64,000 bases of DNA, from NCBI GenBank assembly GCA_964057225.1, contig OZ059897.1:21762001-21826000 (forward strand), given 5' to 3'. Of the stretch, positions 52,960 to 64,000 are shown piece after piece (position 1 is the first letter of the stretch; each line of letters begins with the position of its first letter). The DNA is from Auanema rhodensis (taxonomy: Eukaryota > Animalia > Nematoda). The position numbers and the translations under genes are program-made. The notes under the pieces are model-generated. The model did not search any database. It was given only the letters and a program-made list of their open reading frames with translations, and was not told the DNA's origin.

Positions 52960-55450
52960 CATGACTTTGAAACTTACGTGAACTTTAATTTATGCTAATT
53001 AAATGTACACGTGATGTGCACTTGGTATGTAACTCGCTTCACGTGAAAGATAAAGAGATGCGGTTTTCAAAATTAGATTCCCCATGTCCATATTAGTCTA
53101 AAAACAAATTTTTATTGATATTGGTTCATGGTAACCATGACTTTGAAATTTACGTGAACTTTAATTTATGCTAATTAAATGTACACGTGATGTGCACTTG
53201 GTATGTAACTCGCTTCACGTGAAAGATAAAGAGATGCGGTTTCCAAAATTAGATTCCCCATGTCCATATTAGTCTAAAAACAAATTTTTATTGATATTGG
53301 TGCATGGTAACCATGACTTTGAAATTTACGTGAACTTTAATTTATGCTAATTAAATGTACACGGGATGTGCACTTGGTATGTAATTCGCTTCACGTGAAA
53401 GATAAAGAGATGCGGTTTTTAAAATTAGATTCCCCATGTCCATATTAGTCTAAAAACAAATTTTTATTGATATTGGTGCATGGTAACCATGACTTTGAAA
53501 TTTACGTGAACTTTAATTTATGCTAATTAAATGTACACGTGATGTGCACTTGGTATGTAACTCGCTTCACGTGAAAGATAAAAGGATGCGGTTTTCAAAA
53601 TTAGATTCCCCATGTCCATATTAGTCTAAAAACAAATTTTTATTGATATTGGTGCATGGTAACCATGACTTTGAAATTTACGTGAACTTTAATTTATGCT
53701 AATTAAATGTACACGTGATGTGCACTTGGTATGTAATTCGCTTCACGTGAAAGATAAAGAGATGCGGTTTTTAAAATTAGATTCCCCATGTCCATATTAG
53801 TCTAAAAACAAATTTTTATTGATATTGGTTCATGGTAACCATGACTTTGAAATTTACGTGAACTTAAATTTATGCTAATTAAATGTACACGTGATGTGCA
53901 CTTGGTATGTAACTTGCTTCACGTGAAAGATAAAGAGATGCGGCTTTCAAAATTAGATTCCCCATGTCCATATTAGTCTAAAAACAAATTTTTATTGATA
54001 TTGGTGTATGGTAACCATGACTTTGAAATTTACGTGAACTTTAATTTATGCTAATTAAATGTACACGTGATGTGCACTTGGCATGTAACTCGCTTCACGT
54101 GAAAGATAAAGAGATGCGGTTTTCAAAATTAGATTCCCCATGTCCATATTAGTCTAAAAACAAATTTTTATTGATATTGGTGCATGGTAACCATGACTTT
54201 GAAACTTACGTGAACTTTAATTTATGCTAATTAAATGTACACGTGATGTGCACTTGGTATGTAACTCGCTTCACGTGAAAGATAAAGAGATGCGGTTTTC
54301 AAAATTAGATTCCTCATGTCCATATTAGTCTAAAAACAAATTTTTATTGATATTGGTTCATGGTAACCATGACTTTGAAATTTACGTGAACTTTAATTTA
54401 TGCTAATTAAATGTACACGTGATGTGCACTTGGTATGTAACTCGCTTCACGTGAAAGATAAAGAGATGCGGTTTTCAAAATTAGATTCCCCATGTCCATA
54501 TTAGTCTAAAAACAAATTTTTATTGATATTGGTGCATGGTAACCATGACTTTGAAATTTACGTGAACTTTAATTTATGCTAATTAAATGTACACGGGATG
54601 TGCACTTGGTATGTAATTCGCTTCACGTGAAAGATAAAGAGATGCGGTTTTTAAAATTAGATTCCCCATGTCCATATTAGTCTAAAAACAAATTTTTATT
54701 GATATTGGTGCATGGTAACCATGACTTTGAAATTTACGTGAACTTTAATTTATGCTAATTAAATGTACACGTGATGTGCACTTGGTATGTAACTCGCTTC
54801 ACGTGAAAGATAAAAGGATGCGGTTTTCAAAATTAGATTCCCCATGTCCATATTAGTCTAAAAACAAATTTTTATTGATATTGGTGCATGGTAACCATGA
54901 CTTTGAAATTTACGTGAACTTTAATTTATGCTAATTAAATGTACACGTGATGTGCACTTGGTATGTAATTCGCTTCACGTGAAAGATAAAGAGATGCGGT
55001 TTTTAAAATTAGATTCCCCATGTCCATATTAGTCTAAAAACAAATTTTTATTGATATTGGTTCATGGTAACCATGACTTTGAAATTTACGTGAACTTAAA
55101 TTTATGCTAATTAAATGTACACGTGATGTGCACTTGGTATGTAACTTGCTTCACGTGAAAGATAAAGAGATGCGGCTTTCAAAATTAGATTCCCCATGTC
55201 CATATTAGTCTAAAAACAAATTTTTATTGATATTGGTGTATGGTAACCATGACTTTGAAATTTACGTGAACTTTAATTTATGCTAATTAAATGTACACGT
55301 GATGTGCACTTGGCATGTAACTCGCTTCACGTGAAAGATAAAGAGATGCGGTTTTCAAAATTAGATTCCCCATGTCCATATTAGTCTAAAAACAAATTTT
55401 TATTGATATTGGTGCATGGTAACCATGACTTTGAAACTTACGTGAACTTT
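52960..55450. repeat. Local higher-order duplication: 2 x 7 monomers (1232 bp)
   Basis: CACGGG 53364/54596 and AAAAGGATG ~53583/54815; the downstream GGCTTT-GTAT-GGCAT series repeats at the same offset. Confidence 0.8.
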
Positions 55451-56099
55451 AATTTATGCTAATTAAATGTACACGTGATGTGCACTTGGTATGTAACTCG
55501 CTTCACGTGAAAGATAAAGAGATGCGGTTTTCAAAATTAGATTCCCCATGTCCATATTAGTCTAAAAACAAATTTTTATTGATATTGGTGCATGGTAACC
55601 ATGACTTTGAAATTTACGTGAACTTTAATTTATGCTAATTAAATGTACACGTGATGTGCACTTGGTATGTAACTCGCTTCACGTGAAAGATAAAGAGATG
55701 CGGTTTTCAAAATTAGATTCCCCATGTCCATATTAGTCTAAAAACAAATTTTTATTGATATTGGTTCATGGTAACCATGACTTTGAAATTTACGTGAACT
55801 TCAATTTATGCTAATTAAATGTACACGTGATGTGCACTTGGTATGTAACTCGCTTCACGTGAAAGATAAAGAGATGCGGTTTTCAAAATTAGATTCCCCA
55901 TGTCCATATTAGTCTAAAAACAAATTTTTATTGATATTGGTGCATGGTAACCATGACTTTGAAACTTACGTGAACTTTAATTTATGCTAATTAAATGTAC
56001 ACGTGATGTGCACTTGGTATGTAACTCGCTTCACGTGAAAGATAAAGAGATGCGGTTTTCAAAATTAGATTCCCCATGTCCATATTAGTCTAAAAACAA

Positions 56100-59000
56100 A
56101 TTTTTATTGATATTGGTTCATGGTAACCATGACTTTGAAATTTACGTGAACTTAAATTTATGCTAATTAAATGTACACGTGATGTGCACTTGGTATGTAA
56201 CTTGCTTCACGTGAAAGATAAAGAGATGCGGCTTTCAAAATTAGATTCCTTATGTCCATATTAGTCTAAAAACAAATTTTTATTGATATTGGTGTATGGT
56301 AACCATGACTTTGAAATTTACGTGAACTTTAATTTATGCTAATTAAATGTACACGTGATGTGCACTTGGCATGTAACTCGCTTCACGTGAAAGATAAAGA
56401 GATGCGGTTTTCAAAATTAGATTCCCCATGTCCATATTAGTCTAAAAACAAATTTTTATTGATATTGGTGCATGGTAACCATGACTTTGAAACTTACGTG
56501 AACTTTAATTTATGCTAATTAAATGTACACGTGATGTGCACTTGGTATGTAACTCGCTTCACGTGAAAGATAAAGAGATGCGGTTTTCAAAATTAGATTC
56601 CCCATGTCCATATTAGTCTAAAAACAAATTTTTATTGATATTGGTGCATGGTAACCATGACTTTGAAATTTACGTGAACTTTAATTTATGCTAATTAAAT
56701 GTACACGTGATGTGCACTTGGTATGTAACTCGCTTCACGTGAAAGATAAAGAAATGCGGTTTTCAAAATTAGATTCCCCATGTCCATATTAGTCTAAAAA
56801 CAAATTTTTATTCATATTGGTTCATGGTAACCATGACTTTGAAATTTACGTGAACTTCAATTTATGCTAATTAAATGTACACGTGATGTGCACTTGGTAT
56901 GTAACTCGCTTCACGTGAAAGATAAAGAGATGCGGTTTTCAAAATTAGATTCCCCATGTACATATTAGTCTAAAAACAAATTTTTATTGATATTGGTGCA
57001 TGGTAACCATGACTTTGAAACTTACGTGAACTTTAATTTATGCTAATTAAATGTACACGTGATGTGCACTTGGTATGTAACTCGCTTCACGTGAAAGATA
57101 AAGAGATGCGGTTTTCAAAATTAGATTCCCCATGTCTATATTAGGCTAAAAACAAATTTTTATTGATATTGGTTCATGGTAACCATGACTTTGAAATTTA
57201 CGTGAACTTTAATTTATGCTAATTAAATGTACACGTGATGTGCACTTGGTATGTAACTCGCTTCACGTGAAAGATAAAAGGATGCGGTTTTCAAAATAAG
57301 ATTCCCCATGTCCATATTAGTCTAAAAACAAATTTTTATTGATATTGGTGCATGGTAACCATGACTTTGAAATTTACGTGAACTTTAATTTATGCTAATT
57401 AAATGTACACGTGATGTGCACTTGGTATGTAACTCGCTTCACGTGAAAGATAAAGAGATGCGGTTTTCAAAATTAGATTCCCCATGTCCATATTAGTCTA
57501 AAAACAAATTTTTATTGATATTGGTGCATGGTAACCATGACTTTGAAATTTACGTGAACTTTAATTTATGCTAATTAAATGTACACGTGATGTGCACTTG
57601 GTATGTAATTCGCTTCACGTGAAAGATAAAGAGATGCGGTTTTCAAAATTAGATTCCCCATGTCCATATTAGTCTAAAAACAAATTTTTATTGATATTGG
57701 TTCATGGTAACCATGACTTTGAAATTTACGTGAACTTAAATTTATGCTAATTAAATGTACACGTGATGTGCACTTGGTATGTAACTTGCTTCACGTGAAA
57801 GATAAAGAGATGCGGCTTTCAAAATTAGATTCCTTATGTCCATATTAGTCTAAAAACAAATTTTTATTGATATTGGTGTATGGTAACCATGACTTTGAAA
57901 TTTACGTGAACTTTAATTTATGCTAATTAAATGTACACGTGATGTGCACTTGGCATGTAACTCGCTTCACGTGAAAGATAAAGAGATGCGGTTTTCAAAA
58001 TTAGATTCCCCATGTCCATATTAGTCTAAAAACAAATTTTTATTGATATTGGTGCATGGTAACCATGACTTTGAAACTTACGTGAACTTTAATTTATGCT
58101 AATTAAATGTACACGTGATGTGCACTTGGTATGTAACTCGCTTCACGTGAAAGATAAAGAGATGCGGTTTTCAAAATTAGATTCCCCATGTCCATATTAG
58201 TCTAAAAACAAATTTTTATTGATATTGGTGCATGGTAACCATGACTTTGAAATTTACGTGAACTTTAATTTATGCTAATTAAATGTACACGTGATGTGCA
58301 CTTGGTATGTAACTCGCTTCACGTGAAAGATAAAGAAATGCGGTTTTCAAAATTAGATTCCCCATGTCCATATTAGTCTAAAAACAAATTTTTATTCATA
58401 TTGGTTCATGGTAACCATGACTTTGAAATTTACGTGAACTTCAATTTATGCTAATTAAATGTACACGTGATGTGCACTTGGTATGTAACTCGCTTCACGT
58501 GAAAGATAAAGAGATGCGGTTTTCAAAATTAGATTCCCCATGTACATATTAGTCTAAAAACAAATTTTTATTGATATTGGTGCATGGTAACCATGACTTT
58601 GAAACTTACGTGAACTTTAATTTATGCTAATTAAATGTACACGTGATGTGCACTTGGTATGTAACTCGCTTCACGTGAAAGATAAAGAGATGCGGTTTTC
58701 AAAATTAGATTCCCCATGTCTATATTAGGCTAAAAACAAATTTTTATTGATATTGGTTCATGGTAACCATGACTTTGAAATTTACGTGAACTTTAATTTA
58801 TGCTAATTAAATGTACACGTGATGTGCACTTGGTATGTAACTCGCTTCACGTGAAAGATAAAAGGATGCGGTTTTCAAAATAAGATTCCCCATGTCCATA
58901 TTAGTCTAAAAACAAATTTTTATTGATATTGGTGCATGGTAACCATGACTTTGAAATTTACGTGAACTTTAATTTATGCTAATTAAATGTACACGTGATG

Positions 59001-59400
59001 TGCACTTGGTATGTAACTCGCTTCACGTGAAAGATAAAGAGATGCGGTTTTCAAAATTAGATTCCCCATGTCCATATTAGTCTAAAAACAAATTTTTATT
59101 GATATTGGTGCATGGTAACCATGACTTTGAAATTTACGTGAACTTTAATTTATGCTAATTAAATGTACACGTGATGTGCACTTGGTATGTAATTCGCTTC
59201 ACGTGAAAGATAAAGAGATGCGGTTTTCAAAATTAGATTCCCCATGTCCATATTAGTCTAAAAACAAATTTTTATTGATATTGGTTCATGGTAACCATGA
59301 CTTTGAAATTTACGTGAACTTAAATTTATGCTAATTAAATGTACACGTGATGTGCACTTGGTATGTAACTTGCTTCACGTGAAAGATAAAGAGATGCGGC
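56100..59400. repeat. Local higher-order duplication: 2 x 9 monomers (1584 bp)
   Basis: TTCATA 56813/58397, ATGTAC 56960/58544, TAGGCT 57145/58729, GAAAT 56753/58337. Confidence 0.88.
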
Positions 59401-59599
59401 TTTCAAAATTAGATTCCCCATGTCCATATTAGTCTAAAAACAAATTTTTATTGATATTGGTGCATGGTAACCATGACTTTGAAATTTACGTGAACTTTAA
59501 TTTATGCTAATTAAATGTACACGTGATGTGCACTTGGTATGTAACTCGCTTCACGTGAAAGATAAAGAGATGCGGTTTTCAAAATTAGATTCCCCATGT

Positions 59600-62500
59600 C
59601 CATATTAGTCTAAAAACAAATTTTTATTGATATTGGTGCATGGTAACCATGACTTTGAAATTTACGTGAACTTCAATTTATGCTAATTAAATGTACACGT
59701 GATGTGCACTTGGTATGTAACTCGCTTCACGTGAAAGATAAAGAGATGCGGTTTTTAAAATTAGATTCCCCATGTCCATATTAGTCTAAAAACAAATTTT
59801 TATTGATATTGGTGCATGGTAACCATGACTTTGAAATTTACGTGAACTTTAATTTATGCTAATTAAATGTACACGTGATGTGCACTTGGTATGTAATTCG
59901 CTTCACGTGAAAGATAAAGAGATGCGGTTTTTAAAATTAGATTCCCCATGTCCATATTAGTCTAAAAACAAATTTTTATTGATATTGGTGCATGGTAACC
60001 ATGACTTTGAAATTTACGTGAACTTCAATTTATGCTAATTAAATGTACACGTGATGTGCACTTGGTATGTAACTCGCTTCACGTGAAAGATAAAGAGATG
60101 CGGTTTTCAAAATTAGATTCCCCATGTCCATATTAGTCTAAAAACAAATTTTTATTGATATTGGTGCATGGTAACCATGACTTTGAAATTTACGTGAACT
60201 TTAATTTATGCTAATTAAATGTACACGTGATGTGCACTTGGTATGTAACTTGCTTCACGTGAAAGATAAAGAGATGCGGTTTTTAAAATTAGATTCCCCA
60301 TGTCCATATTAGTCTAAAAACGAATTTTTATTGATATTGGTTCATGGTAACCATGACTTTGAAATTTACGTGAACTTAAATTTATGCTAATTAAATGTAC
60401 ACGTGATGTGCACTTGGTATGTAACTTGCTTCACGTGAAAGATAAAGAGATGCGGCTTTCAAAATTAGATTCCCCATGTCCATATTAGTCTAAAAACAAA
60501 TTTTTATTGATATTGGTGCATGGTAACCATGACTTTGAAATTTACGTGAACTTTAATTTATGCTAATTAAATGTACACGTGATGTGCACTTGGCATGTAA
60601 CTCGCTTCACGTGAAAGATAAAGAGATGCGGTTTTCAAAATTAGATTCCCCATGTCCATATTAGTCTAAAAACAAATTTTTATTGATATTGGTGCATGGT
60701 AACCATGACTTTGAAACTTACGTGAACTTTAATTTATGCTAATTAAATGTACACGTGATGTGCACTTGGTATGTAACTCGCTTCACGTGAAAGATAAAGA
60801 GATGCGGTTTTCAAAATTAGATTCCCCATGTCCATATTAGTCTAAAAACAAATTTTTATTGATATTGGTGCATGGTAACCATGACTTTGAAATTTACGTG
60901 AACTTTAATTTATGCTAATTAAATGTACACGTGATGTGCACTTGGTATGTAACTCGCTTCACGTGAAAGATAAAGAGATGCGGTTTTCAAAATTAGATTC
61001 CCCATGTCCATATTAGTCTAAAAACAAATTTTTATTGATATTGGTTCATGGTAACCATGACTTTGAAATTTACGTGAACTTCAATTTATGCTAATTAAAT
61101 GTACACGTGATGTGCACTTGGTATGTAACTCGCTTCACGTGAAAGATAAAGAGATGCGGTTTTCAAAATTAGATTCCCCATGTCCATATTAGTATAAAAA
61201 CAAATTTTTATTGATATTGGTGCATGGTAACCATGACTTTGAAATTTACGTGAACTTTAATTTATGCTAATTAAATGTACACGTGATGTGCACTTGGTAT
61301 GTAACTCGCTTCACGTGAAAGATAAAGAGATGCGGTTTTCAAAATTAGATTCTTCATGTCCATATTAGTCTAAAAACAAATTTTTATTGATATTGGTGCA
61401 TGGTAACCATGACTTTGAAATTTACGTGAACTTCAATTTATGCTAATTAAATGTACACGTGATGTGCACTTGGTATGTAACTCGCTTCACGTGAAAGATA
61501 AAGAGATGCGGTTTTCAAAATTAGATTCCCCATGTCCATATTAGTCTAAAAACAAATTTTTATTGATATTGGTGCATGGTAACCATGACTTTGAAATTTA
61601 CGTGAACTTTAATTTATGCTAATTAAATGTACACGTGATGTGCACTTGGTATGTAATTCGCTTCACGTGAAAGATAAAGAGATGCGGTTTTTAAAATTAG
61701 ATTCCCCATGTCCATATTAGTCTAAAAACAAATTTTTATTGATATTGGTGCATGGTAACCATGACTTTGAAATTTACGTGAACTTCAATTTATGCTAATT
61801 AAATGTACACGTGATGTGCACTTGGTATGTAACTCGCTTCACGTGAAAGATAAAGAGATGCGGTTTTCAAAATTAGATTCCCCATGTCCATATTAGTCTA
61901 AAAACAAATTTTTATTGATATTGGTGCATGGTAACCATGACTTTGAAATTTACGTGAACTTTAATTTATGCTAATTAAATGTACACGTGATGTGCACTTG
62001 GTATGTAATTCGCTTCACGTGAAAGATAAAGAGATGCGGTTTTTAAAATTAGATTCCCCATGTCCATATTAGTCTAAAAACAAATTTTTATTGATATTGG
62101 TTCATGGTAACCATGACTTTGAAATTTACGTGAACTTAAATTTATGCTAATTAAATGTACACGTGATGTGCACTTGGTATGTAACTTGCTTCACGTGAAA
62201 GATAAAGAGATGCGGCTTTCAAAATTAGATTCCCCATGTCCATATTAGTCTAAAAACAAATTTTTATTGATATTGGTGCATGGTAACCATGACTTTGAAA
62301 TTTACGTGAACTTTAATTTATGCTAATTAAATGTACACGTGATGTGCACTTGGCATGTAACTCGCTTCACGTGAAAGATAAAGAGATGCGGTTTTCAAAA
62401 TTAGATTCCCCATGTCCATATTAGTCTAAAAACAAATTTTTATTGATATTGGTGCATGGTAACCATGACTTTGAAACTTACGTGAACTTTAATTTATGCT

Positions 62501-62950
62501 AATTAAATGTACACGTGATGTGCACTTGGTATGTAACTCGCTTCACGTGAAAGATAAAGAGATGCGGTTTTCAAAATTAGATTCCCCATGTCCATATTAG
62601 TCTAAAAACAAATTTTTATTGATATTGGTGCATGGTAACCATGACTTTGATATTTACGTGAACTTTAATTTATGCTAATTAAATGTACACGTGATGTGCA
62701 CTTGGTATGTAACTCGCTTCACGTGAAAGATAAAGAGATGCGGTTTTCAAAATTAGATTCCCCATGTCCATATTAGTCTAAAAACAAATTTTTATTGATA
62801 TTGGTTCATGGTAACCATGACTTTGAAATTTACGTGAACTTCAATTTATGCTAATTAAATGTACACGTGATGTGCACTTGGTATGTAACTCGCTTCACGT
62901 GAAAGATAAAGAGATGCGGTTTTCAAAATTAGATTCCCCATGTCCATATT
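59600..62950. repeat. Local higher-order duplication: about 2 x 10 monomers (1760 bp)
   Basis: CTTCAA 59674/61434, 60026/61786, 61082/62842; GGCAT 60594/62354. Confidence 0.8.
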
Positions 62951-64000
62951 AGTCTAAAAACAAATTTTTATTGATATTGGTGCATGTTAACCATGACTTT
63001 GAAATTTACGTGAACTTTAATTTATGCTAATTAAATGTACACGTGATGTGCACTTGGTATGTAATTCGCTTCACGTGAAAGATAAAGAGATGCGGTTTTT
63101 AAAATTAGATTCCCCATGTCCATATTAGTCTAAAAACAAATTTTTATTGATATTGGTTCATGGTAACCATGACTTTGAAATTTACGTGAACTTAAATTTA
63201 TGCTAATTAAATGTACACGTGATGTGCACTTGGTATGTAACTTGCTTCACGTGAAAGATAAAGAGATGCGGCTTTCAAAATTAGATTCCCCATGTCCATA
63301 TTAGTCTAAAAACAAATTTTTATTGATATTGGTGCATGGTAACCATGACTTTGAAATTTACGTGAACTTTAATTTATGCTAATTAAATGTACACGTGATG
63401 TGCACTTGGTATGTAACTCGCTTCACGTGAAAGATAAAGAGATGCGGTTTTCAAAATTAGATTCCCCATGTCCATATTAGTCTAAAAACAAATTTTTATT
63501 GATATTGGTGCATGGTAACCATGACTTTGAAATTTACGTGAACTTTAATTTATGCTAATTAAATGTACACGTGATGTGCACTTGGTATGTAACTCGCTTC
63601 ACGTGAAAGATAAAGAGATGCGGTTTTCATAATTAGATTCCCCATGTCCATATTAGTCTAAAAACAAATTTTTATTGATATTGGTTCATAGTAACCATGA
63701 CTTTGAAATTTACGCGAACTTTAATTTATGCTAATTAAATGTACACGTGATGTGCACTTGGTATGTAACTCGCTTCACGTGAAAGATAAAGAGATGCGGT
63801 TTTCAAAATTAGATTCCCCATGTCCATATTAGTATAAAAACAAATTTTTATTGATATTGGTGCATGGTAACCATGACTTTGAAATTTACGTGAACTTTAA
63901 TTTATGCTAATTAAATGTACACGTGATGTGCACTTGGTATGTAAATCGCTTCACGTGAAAGATAAAGAGATGCGGTTTTCATAATTAGATTCCCCATGTC

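Larger units (their letters stand above)
39079..64000. repeat. 176-bp tandem satellite array, right part (~141.6 monomers; runs off the window end)
   Basis: Same monomer and orientation; resumes at monomer position 75 (ACTTTAATTTATGC...). Monomer starts at 39181 and 63996 are 141x176-1 apart, explained by the single T5>T4 deletion at 46950-46953. Confidence 0.99.

Noticed and set aside
1-64000. CRISPR array
   Set aside because: There are no unique spacers (the whole 176-bp unit repeats) and no cas genes.

Overview
Eukaryotic (most likely invertebrate animal) satellite DNA. About 96% of the window is one head-to-tail array of a 176-bp, ~32% GC monomer (~348 copies, all in the same orientation). 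Monomers differ by only a few substitutions, and only one net 1-bp indel is seen in 61 kb. Shared variants reveal many local tandem block duplications of 5-20 monomers. The monomer is rich in dyad symmetries and E-box (CACGTG) motifs. One ~2.72-kb insertion interrupts the array at 36363-39078/39081. It is a 5'-truncated, apparently very young CR1-group non-LTR retrotransposon on the minus strand, with an open RT/C-terminal frame, a ~500-nt 3'UTR, AATAAA and no poly(A). It is followed by an inverted copy of 980 bp of its own 3' part, giving an apparently perfect 980-bp inverted repeat around a 620-bp spacer. The whole insert is flanked by an apparent 29-32-bp target-site duplication. This self-inverted LINE inside a satellite array is the main finding. 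It is not the usual twin-priming inversion, and it would form a ~1-kb dsRNA hairpin if transcribed from either direction. No host genes, RNA genes or CRISPR arrays were found. All comparisons were made by eye, with no alignment tools.
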